64,000 nt of DNA from Actinomycetota bacterium. Its GTDB lineage: Bacteria; Actinomycetota; UBA4738; HRBIN12. Below the pieces are notes generated by a model that was not told the origin of the DNA, searched no databases, and saw only the letters and a list, made by a program, of their open reading frames with translations. Location of the stretch: positions 222-64,221 of the forward strand of contig JBDTNY010000022.1 of NCBI GenBank assembly GCA_039933515.1. The letters are read 5' to 3'. Below, piece after piece: positions 35,366-44,198 of this stretch; position 1 is the stretch's first letter; each line of letters starts with the position of its first letter. Made by a program: the position numbers and the translations under genes.

Positions 35366-36560
35366 CGGCCGCCGGCGAAGGACGCCGCCCGGCGGCCAGG
35401 GCGAGCCAGGCCGATGCGAGCCCGAGCGCGCCGCACCCGAGCCACAACGTCGTCGTGCTGATGTCGTAGACGGCGGTACCGACCATCGGCCCGGCGATCG
35501 CGGCGGTGGCGTACATCATCCCGAGCGATCCCTGATAGCGGCCGCGCGCGTGCTCGGGCGCGCGGTCGGCCACGAACGCCGAGGTCGAAGGGGATTCCAC
35601 GATCTCGCCGAGCGTCCAGATCACGACCATCAGCACGAGCCCAGGGAGCCCCTGGACGAGCGCGAGGGTCGCGAACCCCAGGCCGACCAGCACCGCGCCG
35701 CCCGCGACCATCCGCGTTCGCTCGCGGCGCATCGCCCACGCGGTGATCGGGAGCTCGAGCAACACGACGAGGACGCCGTTCGCCGCTTGCAGGAAGCCGT
35801 AGGTGGCGGTGGAGTAGCCGAGATCGCGCACGTGCAACGCGAACGTGCTCGCGTTCTGCATGTACACCACCGCAGTGAGGAACACAGCCCCCAGGAACAA
35901 CTGGAATCCGCGGTCTGCGGCGATCGACCGACCGGCCGACCCCAGACTGCGCTCTTCGTGTTTCGTCGTGCGCGTGCCGTGGGGGAGCGCGATCAGCGCG
36001 ATCCCCGCGAACGTCCCCGAGGTGATGGCGTCGCCGACGAACAGCAGGTCGAACGAACGCTGCGCGAGGAGTCCGGCGAGCGCGAGGCCGAACGCCCACC
36101 CGATGTTCAGCATCAGACGGTAGGCGCTGAACGCCGCCACCCGGTCCTGCGACGGAACCAGATCGGCGACGAGCGCGCTCGAGGCCGGCCGGTACAGCTC
36201 GGCGACGAACCCGAGCACCAGGATCAGGCCGACGATCTCGGGCAACCCGTCGGCCCAGACCAGCGACAGGGTGAAGGCCGCGCCGCCCGACATCGACAGG
36301 ACGATCGTGTTCCGCCTTCCGACGCGATCGGCGAGCAACCCGCCGACGCCTTGCGCGCCGGTCGCCCCCAGGCCATACGCGGCGAGCCCGAGCCCGGCCT
36401 GGGTCGCCGAGTATCCCCGGTCGGTCAGGTACAGCGTGATGAAGGGCAGCACGAACGTGCCGAGCCGGTTCACGAACGCGCCGATGAACAGGATCCAGAC
36501 CTCGCGCGGGAGCGATCGCAGGGTCGCCCGCAAGGAGCGCGCGTCGGGGACGGCGCTCAC
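35337..36560 (-). CDS. MFS transporter
   Basis: About 12 TM segments. LADRVGRRNTIV and EIVESPSTSAFVADRAPEHARGRYQG are MFS loop motifs. GTG 36560 overlaps the upstream stop (GTGA). Confidence 0.85.
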   Translation of the reverse strand: MSAVPDARSLRATLRSLPREVWILFIGAFVNRLGTFVLPFITLYLTDRGYSATQAGLGLAAYGLGATGAQGVGGLLADRVGRRNTIVLSMSGGAAFTLSLVWADGLPEIVGLILVLGFVAELYRPASSALVADLVPSQDRVAAFSAYRLMLNIGWAFGLALAGLLAQRSFDLLFVGDAITSGTFAGIALIALPHGTRTTKHEERSLGSAGRSIAADRGFQLFLGAVFLTAVVYMQNASTFALHVRDLGYSTATYGFLQAANGVLVVLLELPITAWAMRRERTRMVAGGAVLVGLGFATLALVQGLPGLVLMVVIWTLGEIVESPSTSAFVADRAPEHARGRYQGSLGMMYATAAIAGPMVGTAVYDISTTTLWLGCGALGLASAWLALAAGRRPSPAAVTPPPPAKV

Positions 36561-37186
36561 CGGTCCGACCGGCGATAGTCCGTGAGGTACGGGGGAACGT
36601 CGGTGCCATCCGCGAGCAGGGCATCGGGTTCGGGGGTGCCGATCGCGAGGCCGAGCGGCAGGACCCCGGCCCACACCGGCAGGTTCAGATCGGCTGGATC
36701 GTCGACGGCCGGGCCGACCCGGATCTTCGCGGAGGCCTCGACGATCGGCACCGCCAGGATGAGCGTCTGGCGGAACTCGTCCTCGGTGGGCAGGCGCGCC
36801 TCCGCGCCTCGTCCGGGCGCGACATGGTCGGCGAGCGCACGCGCCATCTGATCGAACTCCCGGCGGTCGGTGACCTCGCGCGCCCGCCCGTACACGATCA
36901 CGGATCGGTAATTCATCGAGTGGTTGAAGAGCGCCCGCGCGAATACAAGGCCGTCGACGATCGTGGCGGCGATGCAGAGCTCGGCGCCGTTACGGAGCGC
37001 GCGCATCGTCTGGGATGCGCGGGAGCCGTGGAGGTACAGCGTGTCGCCGACGCGCGCATGGAGCGTGGCGATCAGGCGGGGCGAACCCCCGTCGTCGATC
37101 CACGCAACGTGCACGATCAAGGCTTCATCGAGGATCTGACCGACGGCCTCGAGGTCGTAGCGGCCACGCTCGGGGTGGCGTCGCAC
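36557..37186 (-). CDS. Pyridoxamine 5'-phosphate oxidase-family (FMN-binding split-barrel) protein
   Basis: RRHPERGRYDLEAVGQILDEALIVHVAW...TLYLHGSRASQTMRAL...YRSVIVYGRAREV is typical of the PNPOx-like flavin-binding family. Confidence 0.8.
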   Translation of the reverse strand: MRRHPERGRYDLEAVGQILDEALIVHVAWIDDGGSPRLIATLHARVGDTLYLHGSRASQTMRALRNGAELCIAATIVDGLVFARALFNHSMNYRSVIVYGRAREVTDRREFDQMARALADHVAPGRGAEARLPTEDEFRQTLILAVPIVEASAKIRVGPAVDDPADLNLPVWAGVLPLGLAIGTPEPDALLADGTDVPPYLTDYRRSDR

Positions 37187-37300
37187 GCACGCGCGCTCAG
37201 TCGGCGCGCTCGAGCGACCCGACCCGACCGCCTCGGCGGTCCCCGTGTTCTCAGGCTCCGTGCTCAGCGCCGACCCCCGAGTGTCTGACCACGGAGCGCC

Positions 37301-38218
37301 TCACCGCGCGACCGGCACGCGCACGGGCGCATCCGCGAGGGCGGGGGGATCGTCGGCATCGGCGGGCTCCTCTCTCGTCGTCGGCGGCAGGGGCAGCTCG
37401 TTCATATCATCGCCGACGTCGAGTCGCATCCGGCGGGCCGCCCGGTCGAGCGCACCCAGAAGGGGCCGGCCGAGCGCGATGACGAGGACCGCGTTGCCGA
37501 CCGCGCGGAAGGTGTCCCACGCGAGAGAGGTCGCCGCGTAGAAGGTCGCGTAGTGGCGCAGGTTGCTCGCCGCGGTTGCATCGGCGCTCCAGCTGATCGA
37601 CGATCCACCCGTCAGGAAGGGCCACGACCACAGGTTCATCAGTGCGCCGAAGAGGTAGCCCGCCACGACGCCGTAGACGGCCAGCACCCCGATCCGAAGG
37701 CGCCATGAACCGGTGCGGGGCACGAGGCCCGCCCCCAGGCCCACCCAGCCGACCGCGACCATCTGGAAGGGTAGCCACGGCCCGAGTCCGCCGATGAACA
37801 ACCCGCTCGCGAACGTCCCCACGGCGCCCAGGAGGAATCCGAACGTCGGGCCGAACGCGTTGCCCGCGACCAGCACGACGATGAACATCGCGCTGAACCC
37901 CGCCACGAACCCCGGAAGACGCAGGGCGACCATCGCGGCCCCAAGCACGCCGAGTAGGGCGATCGTCTTGGGGCCCATGCCCCCGCGACCCAGCTCGAGG
38001 AAGAGCAAGGCACCCAGCCCGCCGAGCAGCACGATCAGCACGGCGGGCCCGTCGACGTGGTGGTTCTCGTTCCCGCGGGTGAGCGCGGGCAGCGCGAACG
38101 GCCAGAGGAACGCGAGCAGACCGACCAGGTTGAGGACGATCAGCCCGGCGACGCGCACGCGGGAGCCACCGGTCAAGGTGCGAACGCTCAGCGACCGCGC
38201 CGCGACCGCCGCGTTCAT
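37301..38218 (-). CDS. ECF transporter substrate-capture (S) component, long form with an acidic/proline C-tail
   Basis: Polytopic hydrophobic protein whose ATG 38218 overlaps the stop of the ECF ATPase gene (ATGA). It is the last gene of the T-A-S set. I infer the family mainly from context. Confidence 0.65.
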   Translation of the reverse strand: MNAAVAARSLSVRTLTGGSRVRVAGLIVLNLVGLLAFLWPFALPALTRGNENHHVDGPAVLIVLLGGLGALLFLELGRGGMGPKTIALLGVLGAAMVALRLPGFVAGFSAMFIVVLVAGNAFGPTFGFLLGAVGTFASGLFIGGLGPWLPFQMVAVGWVGLGAGLVPRTGSWRLRIGVLAVYGVVAGYLFGALMNLWSWPFLTGGSSISWSADATAASNLRHYATFYAATSLAWDTFRAVGNAVLVIALGRPLLGALDRAARRMRLDVGDDMNELPLPPTTREEPADADDPPALADAPVRVPVAR

Positions 38219-39783
38219 GCGAGCGCCTCGGCGACCTGCTCGGGGGTGAGCCATCCCGGCCCGAACGCCCGGGTCATCTGGGGTGCGAAGACGTGCGAGT
38301 CGCCGAGCACCTCGCCGGGGTCGCCGTCGTCGATGACCTCACCGCCCGCGAGCATGATGACGCGGGTGGCGACGGTGGCCGTGAGCTCGACGTCATGGGT
38401 GGCGAACAACACCGTGCCGCCTTCCGCGGCATGGGATCGCATGAACCGCGCCAGGCGATCCTTGGCATCGGGGTCGAGCCCGCGCGTGGGCTCATCGAGG
38501 AGGAGCACGGGAGCCCGCCCTGCGGCGATCGCCGCGGTGGCCACGAGGAGCCGCTGCCCGGCCGAGAGGTCCCGTGGGTGCTGCGCCGCGAGGTCCTCGA
38601 TCCCGAGCGCCGCGAGCACCGCCTCGGGTCGCACGCTGTCGATCCCCCGGGCCTTCAGGGTGACGGCGACCTCGCCCGCGACGGTCTCGGAGAACAGCAC
38701 GGCCTCGGGTTCCTGGGGACAGAGCGCCACGTCGACGCCGGGCCGTGGCGCATGGCCGCCGACCCGGACGGTCCCGGAGGCGGGAGTGTGGACGCCGGCG
38801 ATCGAGCGCAGCAGCGTCGTTTTCCCGGCGCCGTTGCGCCCCATCACCGCGACGATCTCGCCTTCGCCGGCGACGAGGTCGACGTCGTGCAACGCGGTGG
38901 CGTCGCCGTGTCGCGCGGTCAGATGGCGCAGCTCGACCCGTACGTCACCAGGCGCCGGGATCACCGGGCCGCGTCGTGCGGGGAGCGCCCCCGCGAGCCG
39001 CCGCGCGTCGCGGACGGTCAGAGGCACGGGGTCCCAGCCGAGCAGCCGTCCCAGCCGCGCGACGGGCGGCCCCATCGCCAGGCGGCGGATCACCGCGGCG
39101 GGGTCGCCCGCGGTCACGCGTCCCTCGTCGAACCCGATCGCGAGGTCGACCTGGCCGGCGACGCGCTCGAGCCGGTGCTCGGCGAGGACGACGGTCATCC
39201 CCTGGTCGTGCACGAGCCGCTGCAACGCCGCGAACACGTGCTCGGCGCCCTGCGGATCCAGCTGCGAGGTGGGTTCGTCGAGCACGAGGATCCGCGGGCC
39301 GGCGGCGAGCGCGGCGGCGATCGCCACGCGTTGCCGCTCGCCACCCGAGATAGCACGGACGCTTCTGCCGCGCAGCGGCTCGATATCCAACAGATCCAGC
39401 ATCTCCTCGACGCGCCGACGCATGTGGGCGGGGACGACCCCCAGGTTCTCCATGCCGTAGGCCAGCTCGTCCTCCACGCGGTCGAGCACGAACGACGCAC
39501 CCGGATCCTGGGCCACGAAGGCGACCACGTCGGCGAGCGCGCGGGGCGCGTGGGTGAGGGTGTCACGCCCCGCGGCGAGGACGCGCCCCGTGAATGCGCC
39601 GCCCGTGAAATGTGGGACGAGGCCGTTCGCCAGGCGCAGGAAGGTCGACTTGCCCGCGCCCGTCGGCCCGACCGCGAGGGCGAACGTACCCTCTTCGATG
39701 TCGAGGGTCACGTCGCGCAACGCGGGTTGCGACCCGTCGGGATAGCGGAACGACACGGCGTCGACGCGCAGGGCGTCGGTCAT
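38215..39783 (-). CDS. ECF transporter fused double ATPase (EcfA-EcfA')
   Basis: Two ABC cassettes. Walker A motifs GPTGAGKST and GRNGAGKTT; signatures ISGGERQRV and LSAGQRLLV; Walker B motifs ILVLDEPT and VLLLDEPT. ATG 39783 overlaps the EcfT stop. Confidence 0.9.
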   Translation of the reverse strand: MTDALRVDAVSFRYPDGSQPALRDVTLDIEEGTFALAVGPTGAGKSTFLRLANGLVPHFTGGAFTGRVLAAGRDTLTHAPRALADVVAFVAQDPGASFVLDRVEDELAYGMENLGVVPAHMRRRVEEMLDLLDIEPLRGRSVRAISGGERQRVAIAAALAAGPRILVLDEPTSQLDPQGAEHVFAALQRLVHDQGMTVVLAEHRLERVAGQVDLAIGFDEGRVTAGDPAAVIRRLAMGPPVARLGRLLGWDPVPLTVRDARRLAGALPARRGPVIPAPGDVRVELRHLTARHGDATALHDVDLVAGEGEIVAVMGRNGAGKTTLLRSIAGVHTPASGTVRVGGHAPRPGVDVALCPQEPEAVLFSETVAGEVAVTLKARGIDSVRPEAVLAALGIEDLAAQHPRDLSAGQRLLVATAAIAAGRAPVLLLDEPTRGLDPDAKDRLARFMRSHAAEGGTVLFATHDVELTATVATRVIMLAGGEVIDDGDPGEVLGDSHVFAPQMTRAFGPGWLTPEQVAEALA

Positions 39784-40580
39784 GGGTCCTCCCTCGGGGA
39801 TCGGACCACGCCCGGGAGCGCAAGGATCCCGATGACGGCGAGCATCGCGGGCCGGACCTGTGGCCAGGTGAGTGGAGAGGTGGCGGGATGCAGGTCGCGC
39901 CCCTGCTGCCACGCGGCCGCCAGCGAGACCGCCGCGCTCGCGAACGCGGACGCCGAGACGGCGACTGCCGCGGGGGTCCAGCGCGACGGCCGGTAGCGGC
40001 TCCGACGCCCACGGCCGTGCCCGCGCGCGTCCATGCTTTCGGCGAGCGTGAGCGCCTCCTCCATGCCGGTCTCGAGCACGGGGACCGCGAGGGCGGGAAG
40101 GGTCCGCCACGAGGTCGGGATGCCGCGGAGTGTCTGCGCCTCTCGAACGCGCCCCACCATCGCGACGGTGCGCGGCGCGATCGAGAGCGCGAGCGCAGCG
40201 GCGAGCGCCGGCTCATGGAACCGCCGTGGTGCGAGACGCACGACACCGAACGGATCTGTCACGGCGTTGAAGGTCCCGAAGATGATCAGCAGGGTCGCCA
40301 GACGGGCGCCCTCGAGCGCGGCGAATGCCACGTTGCCGGCATCGACGGTCCCCAGGAAGACCAGCGAGGTACGCACCGCCACCGTGACGAGGCCGGCGAT
40401 CGCGAACAACCGGAACGACCGCGCGGTGGGGCCCGGGATCCGCTGGGCCGCGTAGACGAAGAACGACACTGCCACGATCAGGGCCAGGTAGAAGGGGTTC
40501 GTCGTGGTGAACGTGACCAGGCCGGCGCAGGTCGCCCACGTGATCCATGCGCCCGGGTGCAGACCGCTATCGCGATGCAA
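39780..40580 (-). CDS. ECF transporter transmembrane (T) component, EcfT/CbiQ family
   Basis: 266 aa with about 5-6 TM segments. The conserved ARG-type coupling region reads EALTLAESMDARG. A TTG start at 40580 overlaps the upstream gene by 14 nt. Confidence 0.8.
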   Translation of the reverse strand: MHRDSGLHPGAWITWATCAGLVTFTTTNPFYLALIVAVSFFVYAAQRIPGPTARSFRLFAIAGLVTVAVRTSLVFLGTVDAGNVAFAALEGARLATLLIIFGTFNAVTDPFGVVRLAPRRFHEPALAAALALSIAPRTVAMVGRVREAQTLRGIPTSWRTLPALAVPVLETGMEEALTLAESMDARGHGRGRRSRYRPSRWTPAAVAVSASAFASAAVSLAAAWQQGRDLHPATSPLTWPQVRPAMLAVIGILALPGVVRSPREDP

Positions 40581-41451
40581 GGGCGCGCCTCCGGCGCATC
40601 GTCAGCCAGCCGGCGGCGCCGAGCGCCGCTACCGCGATGAGCGCGAGCAACGCCCCCGCGGGTGGCCCGCCCGATCCCGGCGAGGCGCCGGCGGCGAGGG
40701 CGCCGACCGGGCTTGCCCGAACGATCGTCTGGGCGAGCGACGGAGTGGGCTCCGCGCTGGGCGTACGCGTCGCGTGCGCGTTCGCGCGCGCGCTGGCGGA
40801 GGCGTGCGCGGGACTGGCGGCGCCCGAGGCGTTCGCGTCAGCGCCCGGGCTCGCATCGGACCCGCCGCTCCCGGAGCCGGTGGTTCCGCCGCCTGCCGGG
40901 GCGGGATCCAGACTGGGGCTCGGACTCGGTGCAGGCGATGGCGACGGCTCGGGCTCGGGTTCGCAGACGTCGCCGAAGGCGAGCGCCGGAGGCGAGGCGT
41001 GCGTTGTCCCGGAGTCACCCGGCCCCCAGACCCAGCCCTCCATGTCGCCTTCGCCGATCGACGCCGACGCGGCGCCGGATCCGGCCCAGCTCCAGTTCCC
41101 GTCCCCGTCGCCGTGCCAATACCCCCAGTAGTCCGGGTAGTCGGCGAAGCAGTCGCCTCCGCTCGGCCCGGTGCCGTCGAGCTGACAGACGGCCTGACCC
41201 CCGAACCCGAGCCCGTACTGCAGACCGTACTGCCGCCCGGCGAGCTGGATCAGGTGCAAGCCGCTCACGCTCGAGTCGTCGAGCGCGACGCAGTAGGTCG
41301 ACGTGCGGCTCCCGTTGTCGATCACGAGCGCCGCATGTGGCGCGCCTCCGACGGCCGCACATGACACCCCCGTTCCGGCAACGGCGGGGCCGAAGGCCGG
41401 GAACGTCAGCGCCAGCCCGACGACGAGCAAGCGGAGGCGACGGGCCTTCAT
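40567..41451 (-). CDS. Secreted DUF4430-like protein (transcobalamin beta-domain-like) with a low-complexity linker and C-terminal TM anchor
   Basis: Signal peptide MKARRLRLLVVGLALTFPAFGPAVAG. The core ...HLIQLAGRQYGLQY...YWGYWHGDGDGNWSWAGSGAASASIGEGDMEGWVWG resembles the DUF4430 pattern (yW.y.vNg...G.s...l.dGD.i.w.y). It continues with a Pro/Ser/Ala linker and the TM segment ALLALIAVAALGAAGWL. Confidence 0.6.
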   Translation of the reverse strand: MKARRLRLLVVGLALTFPAFGPAVAGTGVSCAAVGGAPHAALVIDNGSRTSTYCVALDDSSVSGLHLIQLAGRQYGLQYGLGFGGQAVCQLDGTGPSGGDCFADYPDYWGYWHGDGDGNWSWAGSGAASASIGEGDMEGWVWGPGDSGTTHASPPALAFGDVCEPEPEPSPSPAPSPSPSLDPAPAGGGTTGSGSGGSDASPGADANASGAASPAHASASARANAHATRTPSAEPTPSLAQTIVRASPVGALAAGASPGSGGPPAGALLALIAVAALGAAGWLTMRRRRALASR

Positions 41452-41454
41452 CGG

Positions 41455-42456
41455 CTACGTCGCACAGGGCGGGGTCGGGGTGATCGGGCCGACCACCGGG
41501 CCGCTGAACGGCAGCGCCTGCAGGAGCAGCCCGGGGACGGCGCCGATCGTGGCTCCGATATCCGGCGTGCCGCGCGGTCGGCCATCGTACGAGTACGCCC
41601 AGGCGCCGCAGTTCGGGTACTGGAGCGCGCGGAGCGCGCTGCGTCCTCCTGCGGGCACGGGGTCGCCGGCCGCAGCGTAGGCCTGCAGCACGAGCGCGGT
41701 TGAGTTCGCGTCGGTGGCGATGAACCCGGCCGAGTAGCTCCACCCTCCGTGGGCGTCGTCGCGCACCGCGTCGAAGAAGGCGAACGGATCGGCCCCGAAC
41801 GTGCCTCGGTTCGCGGCTTCGAGCGCCTGCACGACATAGGACGTGGTGTTCGAGTCGGAGGTGAAGAAGTCGTTGCCCGAGCCGTCGTCGCACGAGACGT
41901 CGTCGGTCCCCGCCGCGTACGGCTCGTCGTACGCCCATCCGCCGTCGGGGCACTGTGCTTCGAGCAACCATCCGGTCACGGCGGTCGAGGGCGTTATACC
42001 GGCGCTCTCGAGGGCGAGCGTGGCGAGCGCATCGTCGAAGACGGCCGCGTCGCCGAACCGCCCCGCCGAGATCGTGCCGCGCAGGCCGGCCACGAGGTTC
42101 GCGCCTCCGAACGCCCGTGGGTCACGCCCGGCGGTGCTCACCGCGAGCACGATCTTTGCCTGGAGGCCGACCCCGGTGACGTTGCCGGCCTCCACCTGGC
42201 GGGCCAGGTAGCCGAGCGCGTCGCGCACGACCCCTCTGCCATGTCCGACCGCGACGGCCGCGAGCACCGCGTCGGCCGTGGATCCGATCGGCGAGAACGC
42301 CGGGATCGAGCCGTTCGGCTTCTGCTGTGACGCGATGAAGCCGAGGCCACGCGTGGCGCGTTCGGCGTCGGTCGTCGCGAAGGCCGACGTCGGGACGACG
42401 AGCAGCAGCGCCCCGATGGTGAGAACGGTGAGGACCTTGATGCGGGCCGAGCCCAT
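41455..42456 (-). CDS. Secreted prenyltransferase / squalene-cyclase-repeat-like alpha/alpha-toroid protein
   Basis: Signal peptide IKVLTVLTIGALLLVVPTSAFA. Repeated helical-hairpin motifs carry QxxxGxW-like boxes (SQQKPNGSIPAF, EAQCPDGGWAY, DDAHGGWSY, PNCGAWAY). An AGGGGGAG Shine-Dalgarno precedes ATG 42456. Confidence 0.7.
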   Translation of the reverse strand: MGSARIKVLTVLTIGALLLVVPTSAFATTDAERATRGLGFIASQQKPNGSIPAFSPIGSTADAVLAAVAVGHGRGVVRDALGYLARQVEAGNVTGVGLQAKIVLAVSTAGRDPRAFGGANLVAGLRGTISAGRFGDAAVFDDALATLALESAGITPSTAVTGWLLEAQCPDGGWAYDEPYAAGTDDVSCDDGSGNDFFTSDSNTTSYVVQALEAANRGTFGADPFAFFDAVRDDAHGGWSYSAGFIATDANSTALVLQAYAAAGDPVPAGGRSALRALQYPNCGAWAYSYDGRPRGTPDIGATIGAVPGLLLQALPFSGPVVGPITPTPPCAT

Positions 42457-42479
42457 GTGAGGCTCCCCCTTTCCGAGCG

Positions 42480-42700
42480 TCCGCGCGCCCTAACGGAACG
42501 ACCCCCCGGAACAGCGCGGGAGGTCGTCGTCGGGGCGTGTCGCCCGGCGGCGCGATCCCCTGTCCACGAGGGTCGTTCGGCCGTGCGTCGCGCAGGGCGG
42601 CCTGGCTCGTCCACTCCGATGGTGGACCTACAGTTGCGGGACAGCGCCGGAATCCGACCGGCTTCGCCTCCGCGACGCGGTGTCGCCCTGACGCTAGCAC
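42480..42700 (-). promoter_or_regulatory. Cobalamin (B12) riboswitch candidate, compact form, with a downstream GC hairpin / anti-SD element
   Basis: The minus-strand RNA reads GGAGGCGAAGCCGGUCGGAUUCCGGCGCUGUCCCGCAACUGUAG. This matches the conserved core GGGAA..CCGGUG..AAUCCGG.GCUG.CCCGCAACUGUA. A B12-box-like GAGCCAGGCCGCCCUG follows. The core is closed by CAGGGCG/CGCCCUG pairing (42684-90 with 42593-99). An 11-bp hairpin lies at 42498-42527, and a CCUCCC could mask the GGGGGAG Shine-Dalgarno. Confidence 0.65.
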
Positions 42701-42852
42701 GCCGGCCTCGAGCGCGGCCAATCGCACGCACGCGACCCACGGACAAAGACCCGCGATCAGATTATGCCCGAGCATTGAGCCTTGCTTGGGGTGACCTTTA
42801 CCTTGGGAGGCGTTCCATAGGAGGCACGAACCCCGTGAGGAAAGGTGCACCC

Positions 42853-43368
42853 ATGGAGACGCTCCGCAAGGCATCGACCGAGGCAGCACCCGCCGCCACG
42901 CCCTCGGTGGCCGTGAAGAGGATCCCGCAGGCGGAGTCGCAGCATCCACGCTCGATGCCGTGGCTGGTGGCCGGCCTCATGGTCATGACCGCGGCGTTCC
43001 TGGTGCTCGCGATCTTGACGATCATGCCTCGACTGCGGCCGAGCGAGCCGGTCCGGCTGCTGGATCAGACGATCTCGACGTGGGACTCGGGAACCCCCGC
43101 GTCGTTCGCCGCCATCTACGCGCGCGACGCCGTGGTGGTCCACGCCGACGGCACGAAGGTGACCGGGCTCGCCGAGATCGTGGCCGACGCGAAAGCGGCC
43201 GGAGCCGACTTCACGATGGTTCGTACGGGCGACGTGTCGGTGACGCACAGCGGTACCTACGCCGCGGCCGTCTATCGCTACACGGGCGCAGGCCGAGGCT
43301 CGGGCCTCCTCGTGATCCAGATCGCGGACGGGAGGATCACGCATCAGTGGAGCTACGCGCTCCCCTGA
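42853..43368 (+). CDS. Membrane-anchored SnoaL/NTF2-like (DUF4440-like) protein
   Basis: ATG 42853 follows GAGGAAAGG. TM segment WLVAGLMVMTAAFLVLAILTIM. The C-domain ...FAAIYARDAVVVHADGT...VIQIADGRITHQW is typical of the NTF2-like fold. Confidence 0.65.
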   Translation: METLRKASTEAAPAATPSVAVKRIPQAESQHPRSMPWLVAGLMVMTAAFLVLAILTIMPRLRPSEPVRLLDQTISTWDSGTPASFAAIYARDAVVVHADGTKVTGLAEIVADAKAAGADFTMVRTGDVSVTHSGTYAAAVYRYTGAGRGSGLLVIQIADGRITHQWSYALP

Positions 43369-43406
43369 TGCTCGATTGACTGGCTGTGCCTACGCCGGCG
43401 TCCCGC

Positions 43407-44192
43407 TTACTCGCGTATGAACGAAAGCAAGGTGAGGTTGCCGGCGTCCTCGGTGCGCGCCGGGTCCAGGCGATAGCCGGAGGGGTGCCTCCATGCGCGA
43501 AGGTCGTCGGGTCCCGCGCCGGGATGCGTGAGGAGATAGCGCACGAGTATCCCCTTGAGCACCTTGTTCGAGTGCGAGACCGCGGCGAACGATCCGTCGG
43601 GGCGTCGCTCGAGGAACCGCACCGATCGCTGCACGATGCCGGAGGGAGCCCGCCAGGCCGCCGCGTGCTCTTGCGGGAGGAGGTTCCACACCGCACGGCC
43701 CACCGCCCGCTCCGCGATCGCCGCCGAGAGGTCGTCCCGCCACCAGGTCGACAGCCTCCCGAGACGGGGGAGAGCCGCGCCCATCTTCAGCTTGTAGTCG
43801 GGGATCGGATCGGCCGGCGCCACGGCCCCCCAGAGCCCCGAGACGATCAGCACCGAGGCGTCCAGTCGGCGCCGCTGCGCGGCGCCGAGCGATCGATGGT
43901 CGAGCGCGTCGTAGAGCACCCCGGTGTACCGCTCGATCGCGGGCATCGTGGGAGCCCGGCGAGCACCTCGGTCAGCCTCGGTGGCCGCCGCGAGCGCAGC
44001 TCCCTTGACGCCGAGAAGCTTGCCGCGGGCGGCCGCGCCTGAGCGCATCGCCCGCGCGACCGCGTCGAGCACCTCGTCACGACGGTCGTCGAGCGCGAGC
44101 GCCATCGTGCCGCGCGCCCACGGGTCCCCTTCGCCCCCCGGCGCTTTCCCTTCGGACGGGGGCAGCAGGATCAGGGGGAGCGACGCGGGCAC
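43407..44192 (-). CDS. yaaA: Peroxide stress protein YaaA (DUF328/UPF0246)
   Basis: LILLPPSEGK at the N-terminus, ERYTGVLYDAL, GLWG...IPDYKLKMG. Length 261 aa. Confidence 0.85.
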   Translation of the reverse strand: MPASLPLILLPPSEGKAPGGEGDPWARGTMALALDDRRDEVLDAVARAMRSGAAARGKLLGVKGAALAAATEADRGARRAPTMPAIERYTGVLYDALDHRSLGAAQRRRLDASVLIVSGLWGAVAPADPIPDYKLKMGAALPRLGRLSTWWRDDLSAAIAERAVGRAVWNLLPQEHAAAWRAPSGIVQRSVRFLERRPDGSFAAVSHSNKVLKGILVRYLLTHPGAGPDDLRAWRHPSGYRLDPARTEDAGNLTLLSFIRE

Positions 44193-44198
44193 GGGCGG

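Noticed and set aside
40690-40990. Repetitive-looking GC-rich DNA inside 40567-41451, considered as a DNA repeat.
   Set aside because: It encodes a Pro/Ser/Ala/Gly low-complexity linker (EPEPSPSPAPSPSPS...). It is compositional bias, not a defined nucleotide repeat.
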